The position numbers were made by a program, and so were the translations under genes. Positions 1 to 10,290 of a stretch of DNA of 64,000 nucleotides are shown here, one piece after another. The notes under the pieces are model-generated. The model had not been told where the DNA came from and ran no database searches. It saw only the letters and a program-made list of their open reading frames with translations. How positions within the stretch are numbered: the first letter of the stretch is position 1; each line of letters starts with the position of its first letter. Origin of the DNA: an uncultured Dehalococcoidia bacterium (GTDB taxonomy: Bacteria > Chloroflexota > Dehalococcoidia > Lucifugimonadales > UBA1127); NCBI GenBank assembly GCA_964625945.1, contig CAZVDP010000015.1:202542-266541 (forward strand). The letters run 5' to 3'.

Positions 1-668
1 TTCTAGACCTCATAAACAGGGAGCTCGGATCATGGGATTCGGGTAATGCCGTCCCGTATCCACCTGCAAATGACGACCAGGAAGCGGCTCACGTGCTGGT
101 CGAATTCAGGAAAACTGACCAAGCACACGTCTGCCTTGGGCTGCGAGGGCTTTCTTCAACGCATCCTCAACGCTACACGCTAGATCTGTTGAACGCAATC
201 TTGGGGCAAGGCGCCAGTAGTCGCCTATTTATGGAAATTCGTGAAAAGCGTGGCCTTGCCTATGCAATCAATAGCGGAACGAGCCACTTCAGTGACACAG
301 GAGCACTCGTGGTCTATTTTGCTGTGCATCCGAACAACGCAATCCCTGCCATCGAGGCAACTGTAGCTGAACTTTACCGCCTCGTTAGTGACCTGCCCGA
401 AGAGGAAGTTGAGAAAGCTAAAAACATGATCAAGGGGAGACTACACCTTAGAATGGAAGATACTCGCAGCGTTGCATTTTGGGGGGGGACACAGCAAAGC
501 TTGCTCAACCATGTGTTCTCTGTTGAAGATATCACAGACAAGATCGACGCAATTACTGCTGAAGACATCCGATCGCTCGCAGCATCATTAGTGTCTTCAG
601 ATAAGATGAATATAGCGGTAGTCGGCCCTTACTCCACGGACGCTGAATTTCACAGGGTGCTACGCTAA
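1..668 (+). CDS. M16 (insulinase/pitrilysin) family peptidase, C-terminal part; 5' end lies outside the window
   Basis: Frame 3 is open from nt 3, upstream of the tracked GTG at 93, so the gene enters from the left edge. The translation (HVCLGLRGLS, RLFMEIREKRGLAYAINS, VAFWGG, NIAVVGP) matches from memory the non-catalytic C-terminal half of M16 peptidases. Confidence 0.8.
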   Translation, partial: LDLINRELGSWDSGNAVPYPPANDDQEAAHVLVEFRKTDQAHVCLGLRGLSSTHPQRYTLDLLNAILGQGASSRLFMEIREKRGLAYAINSGTSHFSDTGALVVYFAVHPNNAIPAIEATVAELYRLVSDLPEEEVEKAKNMIKGRLHLRMEDTRSVAFWGGTQQSLLNHVFSVEDITDKIDAITAEDIRSLAASLVSSDKMNIAVVGPYSTDAEFHRVLR

Positions 669-681
669 GGAACTAGTCAAC

Positions 682-1473
682 CTACGTCAAGCTTTTTAAG
701 TCTTTCAGAAATCCTCGCGCTTTCAAGCGTTGCTCCAAGATAAATGTAGTATAACCGTGAATAATATCCTCTAATGCCCTCCCCAAATGCCGATCAATTT
801 TAAGGCGCTGGACATCATGGTAAGAATTGTTTTGGATGAATCGGAGAACCTTGATCGCACCAATAGGGAGATCAATTGAATACAGGTTCTCCTTTGTAAT
901 GGGATTCGCCTTAAATGGGAGATCCGTACAGTTGGCACATATCACTCCGCCCAAACTGAAGCTGAATCGATGCTGCCCTTGAGAAACACGATTCATGCAC
1001 GACACGCAGTCATAGAGTTCCGGCATATACCCCACCAACCCCAAGAGCCGGATTTCAAAATTCCAAATAGCCAAATCTCCCGCACCAGAGTCCAGTGTTT
1101 CTAATACTTGAATAAAGGATGCAAACAAACGACGGTTCTCCTGCCCCTCTGTAACAAACGCGTCAACAAGTTCGGCACACACCAAAGCTCGCCCCACTAA
1201 TCCCAGATCCTCGCGAATGTGTGAGAAGCTCCTGATTGTCTCAACACCCGACACAATATCAAGATCGCGTCCACGTGCAAGCATCAAACGACTGTAAACC
1301 AGAGGCTCCAAATGGCCAGCTAAGCGACTTTTAGGTTTCCGTGCCCCTCGGACCACGGCACGCAATTTCCCAAAAGCCGGAGTAAAGAGGCTTACGATGC
1401 GGTCTGCCTCCCCAATCGGTAGCTGCTTGAGAACCACAGCCTCCGTCTTATATGTCTTCGGCTTGGTAAGCAT
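682..1473 (-). CDS. recO: DNA repair protein RecO
   Basis: 263-aa ORF. It has the N-terminal OB-fold signature (KTEAVVLK, GEADRIVSLFT, GKLRAVVRGARK) and the central CxxC...CxxC zinc finger (CVSC...CANC) typical of RecO. Confidence 0.9.
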   Translation of the reverse strand: MLTKPKTYKTEAVVLKQLPIGEADRIVSLFTPAFGKLRAVVRGARKPKSRLAGHLEPLVYSRLMLARGRDLDIVSGVETIRSFSHIREDLGLVGRALVCAELVDAFVTEGQENRRLFASFIQVLETLDSGAGDLAIWNFEIRLLGLVGYMPELYDCVSCMNRVSQGQHRFSFSLGGVICANCTDLPFKANPITKENLYSIDLPIGAIKVLRFIQNNSYHDVQRLKIDRHLGRALEDIIHGYTTFILEQRLKARGFLKDLKSLT

Positions 1474-1482
1474 CTGCCCTTC

Positions 1483-3951
1483 TTACCGCAATCTTACTAA
1501 CGTTCCGGTATCTTCTCGCCCTTCGCCCGAGCGCTCCCAAACTAAGATTGACCCATGTCTCGTCAAATATTCCCTTACGGCTCGCCGTAGCGCCCCAGAA
1601 CCAACCCCATGAAGCACCCATAATTCGTCACGCCGTCCTCGCAGAAGAGTAGATTCGATAAAATCGTCAAGAAGCGTCATCGCCTCTTGCGCTTTGATCC
1701 CCCGAAGATCTAATTCAGTTTTCTTGCGATGATTCTTCTTTGAGCGTTCAGACAAGATATTGGCAGAGAGAGAATTAGTCGGCGTTTCCGAAACGGGGCC
1801 AGACGACGCTTCTCGACGTTTAACAGGTATCAGGTGTACATGCTCTTGGGCTATTCGTAGTCTAGAAGCTCCAGCAATCACCTCAATATACCCAGAAGTG
1901 TCGATGGGTTTAGTCACCTTAACAACCCCCGAGAGACCTCTTACCTCGACGGTATCTCCTACAGATAGAGATCCCAATTGTTTAGCTCGATTAACAGATG
2001 GCCGTCGAACCCCAGCCCGAAGCTTTTTTTGCAACTGTGTAATGTTTCTGGCCACAGACCGTAACTCAACAAGCCCATGTGACTCCTTAGCAGGGAATCG
2101 TTGAGCATGAAGGCCTCGCTCTAATTTTGCAACGCGGGTTCGGAGTTCTCCAATACTTTCGTCGACAAACTTTGTCAGTCGCGCTCGTTCCATACTGAGG
2201 TATGTTTCCATCTGATCACGCTCTTGATCTAGGGAAGCTTCTTTCTGGGTAATCCCCTCGAGCATTCTCTCTGCTTCTTCACGTTGCATAGAAATAAAAG
2301 ATCGTTCCCTAGTCAACCATTCGTGGAGCGCCACTGCTCGACTGTATGCTGGGCTCAAGAAGCTCCTAGCCTTGTCCAATATCATCGAGGATAAACCCAC
2401 CCGTTTTGCGATAGAAAGGGCATAGCTCCGTCCAGACCCCCCCAGATTCACTGTATAGGTAGGCTCTAAGGTAACTGGATTCAAATCCACGCTTGCGTTC
2501 ATAGCCCCCTTTAAGTCCTGGACCATAACGGCAAGATCCAGATGATGGGTTGTTGCAACGAACGGTATCTCATTTTCCGTAAATTCGAGGACTAGTGCCT
2601 TCGCTAGAGCTGCACCTTCATCCGGATCTGTACTTGAACCGATTTCATCCAACAGTACCAGCGTATCCGTCCTCATCACCTGAATCACGTTCTGTATCGA
2701 TAGCATTTGTGAACTAAATGTAGAAAGCCCTGTATCCAGTGCTTGGTGATCCCCTATAGAAGCGAAGATGCCGCCCCAGACAGGTAATTTAGTTCCTTCT
2801 GCGGCTGGGACTTGGAGTCCTGCCTGATACATCAGACACGTTAGTCCAATCGTTTTTAAAGCAACTGTTTTCCCGCCAGCATTCGGCCCAGTAATGAGTA
2901 GCGTCGTCCATCCACCCCGCTTCTCACTACGATTGCCAAGCCCGAGCGACATAGGGACTGCTTGTTCAAGCAAGAGTGGGTGACGGGCCTGTTCCAACCA
3001 TAAACGTGGTGGATCTAGATCGATTGGTTCAGGTGTAACCCCATCCACCGCGAGGCCATAGCGTCCTCTTGCCATAGCTAGGTCCAATCGGATCATGATC
3101 TTTGTCGTGAGTCGCAAATCTGTATCGTGTTCCCCGACCATAAGCGACAGTCGGCCGAGAACTTTTCCTTCTTCTCTAATACAGCGAAGCTTCGCTTGAT
3201 GCCACTGATTCGCTATCGAGACCACTGAGAGTGGTTCCACAAACAACGTGGATCCACTATCCGAGACATCATGCACTAACCCTGGGATGTGCCGTCTCAT
3301 ACCTATCTTCACAGGCACAACGAAGCGTCCACTCCTTTCGGTGATCAACCGTTCTTGGAGCGCTATCCGCCCGACATCAGAGTCAATAAGTCGTGTAAGA
3401 GCATGGTTCAAACGCTGATAATGTGTATTGGCTCGATCCCGCGCTTGTTTCAAACCGAGTGACGCGGCATCTTCGATATTCCCAATTCTATCTATACACA
3501 AACCAATATCATTCTCAACAAAAGACAGGTCGGGAATCTGCTTCACAAGGCTACTTAAACAAGGTATTTCACCGCCTCGACGTTGAAGAGCTAAAGAGGT
3601 TAAGCGCTGTTGTCTCAGTGTTTCATAGATCTGACGCAATTCAACGCCATACAGAACTCCTTCTCTACCCACTCGATCTAGCAAATCCCGAAAATCGACG
3701 GATTCCGAGAGGTCGAACTCCCCGTTCTTCTCTAGAAAGTGTCTAGCGTCACTGGTTTCCTGCTGGAGTTTAGTGACTTCGGTTCGTTCCCATGAGGGAA
3801 CCAGCTCGAACGCTTTATCTCTTGCCGGCCCAAAGCTAGTATATGAAGCCAACTGCGCGAGGACCTTCGGGAATTCAAGTGACACAAGTGCGACGGCACA
3901 CGCTTGGTGTTCCAATTTAGTTAAGTCATGCTCTGATGTACTAGATGTCAT
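1483..3951 (-). CDS. mutS2: Endonuclease MutS2 (MutS-family ATPase with C-terminal Smr domain)
   Basis: Walker A GPNAGGKTVALKT, DEIGSSTDPDEG motif, and a C-terminal Smr-like segment (LDLRGIKAQEA...LWVLHGVGSGALRRAV). The tracked ORF runs to 4032, which overlaps the upstream LLM gene by 56 nt. ATG at 3951 (MTSSTSEHDL) removes the overlap. The start is not certain. Confidence 0.88.
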   Translation of the reverse strand: MTSSTSEHDLTKLEHQACAVALVSLEFPKVLAQLASYTSFGPARDKAFELVPSWERTEVTKLQQETSDARHFLEKNGEFDLSESVDFRDLLDRVGREGVLYGVELRQIYETLRQQRLTSLALQRRGGEIPCLSSLVKQIPDLSFVENDIGLCIDRIGNIEDAASLGLKQARDRANTHYQRLNHALTRLIDSDVGRIALQERLITERSGRFVVPVKIGMRRHIPGLVHDVSDSGSTLFVEPLSVVSIANQWHQAKLRCIREEGKVLGRLSLMVGEHDTDLRLTTKIMIRLDLAMARGRYGLAVDGVTPEPIDLDPPRLWLEQARHPLLLEQAVPMSLGLGNRSEKRGGWTTLLITGPNAGGKTVALKTIGLTCLMYQAGLQVPAAEGTKLPVWGGIFASIGDHQALDTGLSTFSSQMLSIQNVIQVMRTDTLVLLDEIGSSTDPDEGAALAKALVLEFTENEIPFVATTHHLDLAVMVQDLKGAMNASVDLNPVTLEPTYTVNLGGSGRSYALSIAKRVGLSSMILDKARSFLSPAYSRAVALHEWLTRERSFISMQREEAERMLEGITQKEASLDQERDQMETYLSMERARLTKFVDESIGELRTRVAKLERGLHAQRFPAKESHGLVELRSVARNITQLQKKLRAGVRRPSVNRAKQLGSLSVGDTVEVRGLSGVVKVTKPIDTSGYIEVIAGASRLRIAQEHVHLIPVKRREASSGPVSETPTNSLSANILSERSKKNHRKKTELDLRGIKAQEAMTLLDDFIESTLLRGRRDELWVLHGVGSGALRRAVREYLTRHGSILVWERSGEGREDTGTLVRLR

Positions 3952-3976
3952 TGTTTTGGAGGATTCACAATAGGCC

Positions 3977-4891
3977 TTAAGAGAAATTCGGGAGTACTTC
4001 TTCAACAAATGCCTGAATAGCCTCCCAATCAAAGGGGGCTCCTCTCAATGCGATATTCACCTCTTGAGCACCTGCATCAGCATAGCGCTCGATCTGTTCA
4101 AGGACGTCGGCCGGTTTCCCAGTAAGGGCCCCATCAATCTGGCCTCGATCGATCGCCTCTTGACGCTTCCTGTTCGCAGATTCGTCATCAATGCCCATAA
4201 GAAAGTGAAGATTCACACTTCGCATAATGTCGTCCGGATCTCTCCCTTCTTTAGCACACCATTCGTCTAAAACGTCCATTTTGTGCTTGTAGACGGACGG
4301 AGAAACATACGCCGCGTTCCAGCCATCAGCATACTTCGCGGCGATCCGAAGAGTTCGCCGTTCGCCTCCTCCGCCAATCCAGATCCGCGGGGACCGCTGC
4401 ACTGGCCTCGGCCTACAATAGGCATCTTGAATATCAAATTGTTGGCCCGAAAAGTTTGTTTTCTCTTCATGCAACATAGATCGAATCACCTGCACCCCTT
4501 CGTCAAGAATATCAAGGCGATACTTGGTGGGAGTGAATGGAATCCCAAAAGCGGTATACTCCATCTGGTACCAGCCAGCGCCTAGCCCGAGTTCCAAGCG
4601 CCCGTTACTGATATGATCAATCGTAACAGCAGCCTTTGCCAGTACCGCTGGATGTCGAAACCCCATACAGAAGACCAAACTTCCGACCCTGACATTCTTC
4701 GTCTCAAGCGCTAATGCCGTAAGAGCGGTCACTCCTTCAAAACACGCTCCACTTCCATCCGTTGACGGACTGGCAAAGAAATGATCCCATATGTGGACGG
4801 AGTAGAAGCCAGAATCGTCAGCTAGCCGCCACAACCGACGTAATTCATCATAAGAACAGTTTTGTGGACCTGAAAGCACTCCTAACTTCAC
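3977..4891 (-). CDS. LLM-class (luciferase-like) F420-dependent oxidoreductase
   Basis: 304 aa. MKLGV..., DSGFYSVHIWDHF and LELGLGAGWYQMEYTAFGIPF match the luciferase-like monooxygenase/F420 oxidoreductase pattern as I remember it. Confidence 0.75.
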   Translation of the reverse strand: MKLGVLSGPQNCSYDELRRLWRLADDSGFYSVHIWDHFFASPSTDGSGACFEGVTALTALALETKNVRVGSLVFCMGFRHPAVLAKAAVTIDHISNGRLELGLGAGWYQMEYTAFGIPFTPTKYRLDILDEGVQVIRSMLHEEKTNFSGQQFDIQDAYCRPRPVQRSPRIWIGGGGERRTLRIAAKYADGWNAAYVSPSVYKHKMDVLDEWCAKEGRDPDDIMRSVNLHFLMGIDDESANRKRQEAIDRGQIDGALTGKPADVLEQIERYADAGAQEVNIALRGAPFDWEAIQAFVEEVLPNFS

Positions 4892-5028
4892 TGAACCGCC
4901 TCCTCCAACTATTTTGGAAACCGATCGCCATGGGAATTAGGCCCCCAAAAACTTCACCATGTGAAGATTAACTTCGTGTCAGCAAGTCTCTCGTTCGAGA
5001 AATGATACCTGTGTCACACTGATTCTGA

Positions 5029-6213
5029 TCAGGGAGTCTCCAAAACGTCTAAGTATTTCAATCCTGTGCCAGTGTTCAACAGCACGATTTTTTCGTCCGG
5101 GTCAATCGTTCCCATTTCAAGCAACTTCTGGAGTGCTACTAATGTGGCAGCGCCCTCCGGGCATACGAAAACCCCTTCAAGCTCAGCGATGTCTTTAATC
5201 GCTGGGTAGAGTTCTTCATCCCCAACGGTTAACGCCGTGCCACCGCTCTCACGCACTGTCTGCAAGATTAAATCATCGGCGAATGGCGTGGGGACTCGTA
5301 GCCCTGAGGCGATCGTAATTGGATCCACCCACGGCTCTGACCGATCTTTTCCTTCCAAGTATGCTCGCGTTATAGGCGCACAACCTTCTGATTGTACACA
5401 GATCATGCGAGGCATCTTCGCCTCTTCCAACCACCCAAGTTGGGTCATCTCCTCAAACGCTTTCCAAATTCCGAGAAGCCCCGTTCCACCACCAGTCGGA
5501 TAAACGACTACATCCGGTACTGTCCAATTGAAGTCTGCAGCCAATTCATATCCCATGGTCTTTTTTCCTTCGACCCTGTACGGCTCTTTCATTGTAGATA
5601 AGTCAAACAGTCCCTCAATTCCTGCCCGTTCCCGCGCAATACGACCGGCATCGCCAATATGTCCAGCAACAAGCTCCAATCTGGAACCATAAAGCCGAAC
5701 CTCAGTAACAGCAGCTTGAGGAGTTTCCTCTGGGATCGTGATAAAACAATCAATCCCTGCCCTCGAACCGTACGCCGCTAGTGCGCCTCCAGCGTTCCCA
5801 GCGGACGGCATTGCAACACGTCTTTGTCCCAATTCAACGGCACGGGATACTGCAGCCGAAAGACCCCGGGCCTTGAAACTGCCCGTCGGATTCATGCCTT
5901 CATCTTTCAGAAAAAGCTGACTGCAGCCTAGTTTGCGGCCAAGTTTGTCCGCTCTCAACAGAGGAGTAACACCTTCTCCCAGGGTTACTACGTTATCCGG
6001 AGAACGAACTGGCATCATCTCGAAAAATCGCCACATGTTGGCAGGTCGACCCAAGAGATCTATCTTTGAGACCGCTCTTCGCGCCCCTTCAAGATCGTAG
6101 ACGGGATACAACACTCGCCCACATTCATCACAAAAATTCTGCACCAGATCGGCATCGTGGTACTTCCCACAAACAGTACATTCTAGATGGCTCAAAAAAC
6201 TTTTCATTGTCAA
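5029..6213 (-). CDS. Threonine synthase family PLP enzyme with N-terminal zinc ribbon
   Basis: N-terminal CxxC...CxxC (CTVCG...CDECG), PLP-lysine motif NPTGSFKARG, glycine loop YPTGGGTGL. The size (394 aa) fits short ThrC-type enzymes. True substrate specificity (ThrC or a related synthase) cannot be decided from the sequence alone. Confidence 0.8.
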   Translation of the reverse strand: MTMKSFLSHLECTVCGKYHDADLVQNFCDECGRVLYPVYDLEGARRAVSKIDLLGRPANMWRFFEMMPVRSPDNVVTLGEGVTPLLRADKLGRKLGCSQLFLKDEGMNPTGSFKARGLSAAVSRAVELGQRRVAMPSAGNAGGALAAYGSRAGIDCFITIPEETPQAAVTEVRLYGSRLELVAGHIGDAGRIARERAGIEGLFDLSTMKEPYRVEGKKTMGYELAADFNWTVPDVVVYPTGGGTGLLGIWKAFEEMTQLGWLEEAKMPRMICVQSEGCAPITRAYLEGKDRSEPWVDPITIASGLRVPTPFADDLILQTVRESGGTALTVGDEELYPAIKDIAELEGVFVCPEGAATLVALQKLLEMGTIDPDEKIVLLNTGTGLKYLDVLETP

Positions 6214-6300
6214 CCCGCAGCTATAACATTATCGTGCGCGTCATCATAGCATAGAGTTGCATCGCGACGACCAACAGCTAAAATAGAGTCACGCTCGGAA

Positions 6301-7662
6301 TTGTCACCGGCAAAGGGAGGCATCTTGTCCAACATCATAGATCAATATCGCTCCAAGCACCCACGTTCAGAAGAGTTAGCTATAGAAGCACGGACTTTAT
6401 TTCCTGACGGGGTTACACATGATACGCGTTATGTCACCCCGTTCGGCCTCACAATCACCCATGCTAATGGCCCGCGCAAATGGGACATTGATGGTAACGA
6501 ATATATCGATTACGTTATGGGCCATGGCGCGTTGCTACTCGGTCACGCACATCCATCAATAGTTTCAGCTGTGTCAAAGCAAGTTTCACAGGGAACTCAC
6601 CTTGGGGGAAACCACCTCTTAGAGGCTGAATGGGCAAAACTTGTCATCAAACTGATCCCCTCTGCTGAAAAGGTCCGGTTCACATCTTCTGGTACAGAGT
6701 CAACCTTACTGGCAGCAAGACTAGCCCGAGCTTATACCGAGCGTTCAACAATTATTAAGTTCCAGGAACACTTCCACGGCTGGAATGACTACATGATGGC
6801 TGGATCAGGAAGAGGAAGCGGTGGCATACCTGAAGCAACTTTCGGCAGCATGCACATACTGCCCCCAAACGACATACAGAAAGTTGAAGATGTGCTCGCA
6901 TCAAGTGACGATATCGCAGCGATTATCCTAGAACCCACCGGAGCACATATGGGAACCCTCCCAATCTATCCCTCATTCCTCAAAGAATTACGCGAACTAG
7001 CAACGAAATACAATGTGGTGCTAATTTTTGATGAGGTAGTGACGGGGTTTCGGGTCTCACCCGGAGGAGCGCAGGAAAGCTTTGGAGTGACACCAGACCT
7101 AACGACCCTAGCAAAGATTCTGGGCGGGGGACTACCTGGAGGGGCAGTGGCTGGTAAAGCAGATATCCTTGACATGATTGCCCATCAAGAAGACCCGGAT
7201 TGGGATGATATCCGAAGGGTCGCTCATCCTGGGACGTTTAACGCTAACCCTGTTTCCGCAGCAGCAGGCATTCAAGCCCTAGAACTCGTTGCTGCAGGCG
7301 AAGCTAACGAACAAGCCAATCAAGCAGCTGCCAGTATCCGGAGAGGGATCAATGACTTACTAGCACGGATGGAGATTCCTGGTTGCGCATACGGGATCGC
7401 CTCGTTCTTCCACCTTCAGTTTGGCAACCCCTGCGTATGTCCGGACCGAGGTATCTGCACGCGCCCTCATAGGGAAATTAGCGCAGGAATGACCGGAGCG
7501 ATTTCCACTAACCTCAAACGGGCGATGCTAAACGCGGGGATTGACTTGATGGGAGGCAGAATGGGTATCGTTTCAGCTGTACACACAGACATGGAGGTTG
7601 ACCAAACAATTGCAGCGTTTGAACAGGGACTAGATGCCTTGCGACGAGAAGGGCATATCTAG
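6301..7662 (+). CDS. Class III (GSA-aminomutase-like) PLP aminotransferase family protein
   Basis: GHGALLLGHAHP, FDEVVTGFR, and the PLP-lysine context DLTTLAKILGGGLPGGA. An alternative in-frame TTG start at 6325 lies 4 nt after GGGAGG (6315-6320). Confidence 0.85.
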   Translation: MSPAKGGILSNIIDQYRSKHPRSEELAIEARTLFPDGVTHDTRYVTPFGLTITHANGPRKWDIDGNEYIDYVMGHGALLLGHAHPSIVSAVSKQVSQGTHLGGNHLLEAEWAKLVIKLIPSAEKVRFTSSGTESTLLAARLARAYTERSTIIKFQEHFHGWNDYMMAGSGRGSGGIPEATFGSMHILPPNDIQKVEDVLASSDDIAAIILEPTGAHMGTLPIYPSFLKELRELATKYNVVLIFDEVVTGFRVSPGGAQESFGVTPDLTTLAKILGGGLPGGAVAGKADILDMIAHQEDPDWDDIRRVAHPGTFNANPVSAAAGIQALELVAAGEANEQANQAAASIRRGINDLLARMEIPGCAYGIASFFHLQFGNPCVCPDRGICTRPHREISAGMTGAISTNLKRAMLNAGIDLMGGRMGIVSAVHTDMEVDQTIAAFEQGLDALRREGHI

Positions 7663-9083
7663 ACTCCCCTCTCGTCTTCCTTCTCTTTTACGTTAGGTAA
7701 AGCATTTTCCTTATCTTCCAAGACCGGATTAATCGCTTTCGCCAGTTCGCTTGCTTTAATATCATCGATACGCTTCATGCCAAATCGCACCTGATCAAAA
7801 GCCTCAGTAAGAGCGGCTATCGGGAGAGATGGGAACACGCGTTGGAGCCGCGCAGAATACTCTAACGGAGTCTCAGCTACTGACCGAGCTTCTCCTTGCC
7901 GTGTCGCGACATTAAGAAGCTGATAATACAACCGACACACGATAACTCCGGGATCAACTCCGGCTGGTAAAGGATAATAATAGATAGGAAGGACCGTCTT
8001 CCAGCGTGGAAGCAATCCAGCAAGGAGTCCGCCTATATCCTTAGAACCGTCCTCGTCACGAGCGGATTCCCTCGTCATAAACTCATCCTCGTTACGTTTC
8101 ATGAGATGTACAGCCAACACCCAATAAAGAAACCCAAGAATGGTCGCTCCCGTGACCGCAATAAATAACCATTTGATTACTGCTACTAGAACGCCTGGGA
8201 TTCCCTCTCCAGCCTGAACAGCTTCTCGAGCACCGACAATGCCACTAGCATTAAGAGTTCTAGGCTCGAGGCTTTCGCTTCCAAACAAGTCAACCAACAC
8301 CCCCATGACCCACAGCAGCACACGTAATACATATTCCGCGATAAATAGGAAAACGATCAAAAACGCTTCGGCAATCACCTTGGCGATTCCAAGCAAGCCC
8401 TGGGCAACGTTCCCCATGAAAGTCCCAGGCAGGAAGCTCACAACAAATCCACAAGCTAATACCACGCCTGTAATTCCGATGAATGTCCTCGCCCATGCGG
8501 TCGGGGGCGTCCCTTCATCAAGATTGGCGAGAGCCAACCCCCCAAGCGAGACTGCAAAAAACAGAAATGTCATGGGCGCTACCTTGAGATCCATACCGGT
8601 CGCAACCTCAAGTAGCGCTGCCGCTATCAGACACGCTAATCCCCACGGGAACACGCGGCCAAGCGTCTCTCCAGGCTTAAGACGAGAGCCAATCCATAAT
8701 CCACGCCACCACAAAAATAGAGCGGCTAAGGCTCCGAGCATTGTGCGACTCGTTTGGATGCCCTCCATCTTTGAGGTCAGAAGCTGGACCAGCCAATTTA
8801 GACCGGCCTCATCAAAGCCGATAGTTATGTAAATAACAGTCACGGCCGTCCACAACCCGATACTTCGTGTCCAAGCCTCAGAAAGTTTTAGTCGTAAAAC
8901 CCACCGTTGTACAAGTATCGCAACCGCCAAAAGAGCGACTATTCCATACCACGACAGAATCGAATTACCGTTGCCAATGGGGCTTCCCAAGGCTGATAGG
9001 ACGACATACAGACATGCAGTTTCCACGATGAGCAAAGACGTCCTAACCAGACGATCAGTTAAGAGAGGCATCATCACGCTCAC
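7659..9083 (-). CDS. Polytopic membrane protein with C-terminal DUF4129-like domain (MoxR operon, last gene)
   Basis: Many hydrophobic helices are followed by a soluble tail (RLYYQLLNVATRQGEARSVAETPLEYSARLQ...AFDQVRFG) that I recognise as the DUF4129 pattern. No transglutaminase core (Cys-His-Asp) is evident. It overlaps the DUF58 gene by 17-29 nt depending on the start (GTG 9083, ATG 9074 or 9071). Confidence 0.65.
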   Translation of the reverse strand: MSVMMPLLTDRLVRTSLLIVETACLYVVLSALGSPIGNGNSILSWYGIVALLAVAILVQRWVLRLKLSEAWTRSIGLWTAVTVIYITIGFDEAGLNWLVQLLTSKMEGIQTSRTMLGALAALFLWWRGLWIGSRLKPGETLGRVFPWGLACLIAAALLEVATGMDLKVAPMTFLFFAVSLGGLALANLDEGTPPTAWARTFIGITGVVLACGFVVSFLPGTFMGNVAQGLLGIAKVIAEAFLIVFLFIAEYVLRVLLWVMGVLVDLFGSESLEPRTLNASGIVGAREAVQAGEGIPGVLVAVIKWLFIAVTGATILGFLYWVLAVHLMKRNEDEFMTRESARDEDGSKDIGGLLAGLLPRWKTVLPIYYYPLPAGVDPGVIVCRLYYQLLNVATRQGEARSVAETPLEYSARLQRVFPSLPIAALTEAFDQVRFGMKRIDDIKASELAKAINPVLEDKENALPNVKEKEDERGV

Positions 9084-10290
9084 ATAACGCTAAATACTCG
9101 GCCAAATTTTGGCATTCAACCCCAACGGGGATGCCTTGCGGCTCGAAATCAGCAACCCATATCACGCTTGGTGCTTTACCTTCACGCAAAAGTACCTGCA
9201 GCGCTTGTCTTAAACCTACCGTAACAATACCCGTGATGAGTATCAGGCTAGTTCCCCTTGGCAAGCGACGCGATGCTAATAGAAGCTGCTCTTCAATTGC
9301 AGAGCCGACGTACGCACTGACCATGGCCAACGCCTCAAAGATCAAATCCAATTGGTACCTGCTACGACCCGGCGAGACACTCATTGGGTGATCATAAAGA
9401 GAGGATTTGCCGTTTGTTATAAGACCTACATTGAGACCGCGTGAAAGTGCTTCTTGTGTTAACGAAGCGGCGACAGAGACCACCCTTTCCAAGTGATGCG
9501 GAATCGAGCCCCCGTATGACACCCCAACCGTATCAACATTCACGACCGGGACAGCGACCACTGAAGCGCCAGGCTCGTAAATCTTTACTTGGAGAGCCAT
9601 CCGTCTTGCCGTGGCTTTCCAATCAATGCTTTTCATCGGATCACCAGATTGGTAGCTTCGAACTCCTGCTGGACGTAACGGATCACTGTTGAGTGGCAAC
9701 ACGGAGTGCCGATCGCCTACAGGCCGTCGCGCCGGCACGAACAAGTTCGGCAATGGAATAGTTTTCGGATACACCAAGATCGATTCTTGCTGAGGCAAAT
9801 CAATACGCCTTGGGAAGAATCCAAAAGGATCTCCAGTATGGAGACTGGCTGGTCCTAACTGAAAAAGACCCCTTTTAACGCAACGCACACGATAAACCCA
9901 ACGAACACGTTCATACGACCCCAAAGAGGTACGATGTACCATGCTCTGAACCATCTCTTTTGGATCCCATTCCACAGACCGGTCTAGAATTTCCAATCCC
10001 GGAGGGAGAGAATCAAATAGCCTTACCCAAGCCAACGGAAGGGGCTTTCGATTGGTGAGTGTAACGGATAAGATGATCTCATCACCCGCAAATGCCCGCT
10101 CCTGAGATAATGTTCGAAGGAACACTAGTTCATCGATCGCCAATCGACTCCACAGCCATGCGCCACAAGCCACAAGAAGCCCCATCCCTCCAAGCGCGAC
10201 GAAAACCGGAAAGTCACCGGCAAGTCCTACTATCACCAACAACCCAAACAGAAATGCCCAAACAGACCCTAACATCCGACTAGGACTCAA
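9055..10290 (-). CDS. DUF58 domain-containing protein (VWA-like partner of MoxR)
   Basis: Two N-terminal TM helices, then a DUF58-type core that includes GDPMKSIDWKATARR. It sits directly downstream of, and overlaps, a MoxR ATPase gene, the usual arrangement. Confidence 0.8.
   Translation of the reverse strand: MSPSRMLGSVWAFLFGLLVIVGLAGDFPVFVALGGMGLLVACGAWLWSRLAIDELVFLRTLSQERAFAGDEIILSVTLTNRKPLPLAWVRLFDSLPPGLEILDRSVEWDPKEMVQSMVHRTSLGSYERVRWVYRVRCVKRGLFQLGPASLHTGDPFGFFPRRIDLPQQESILVYPKTIPLPNLFVPARRPVGDRHSVLPLNSDPLRPAGVRSYQSGDPMKSIDWKATARRMALQVKIYEPGASVVAVPVVNVDTVGVSYGGSIPHHLERVVSVAASLTQEALSRGLNVGLITNGKSSLYDHPMSVSPGRSRYQLDLIFEALAMVSAYVGSAIEEQLLLASRRLPRGTSLILITGIVTVGLRQALQVLLREGKAPSVIWVADFEPQGIPVGVECQNLAEYLALCERDDASLN

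Noticed and set aside
481-488. G8 homopolymer (and C8 on the coding strand at 50416-50423) as slippage or phase-variation sites
   Set aside because: Both sit in frame inside intact conserved genes (M16 peptidase, rseP), with no sign of frame disruption. They are noted only as potential sequencing-error hotspots.
3952-4032. N-terminal 27 residues of the tracked MutS2 ORF
   Set aside because: This stretch overlaps the stop-proximal 56 nt of the upstream LLM gene and adds a basic, non-conserved-looking leader. ATG 3951 gives a normal MutS2 N-terminus. Neither start has a clear SD, so this is a judgement call.
8239-8832. Long antisense ORFs (8239..8832, 11594..12121, 32742..33110, 36963..37367, 49149..49703, 40915..41325 and similar)
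   Set aside because: Each lies fully inside or across a gene with clear family motifs on the other strand. Their translations are Ser/Pro/Arg/Thr-rich and low in complexity, as expected for shadow ORFs.
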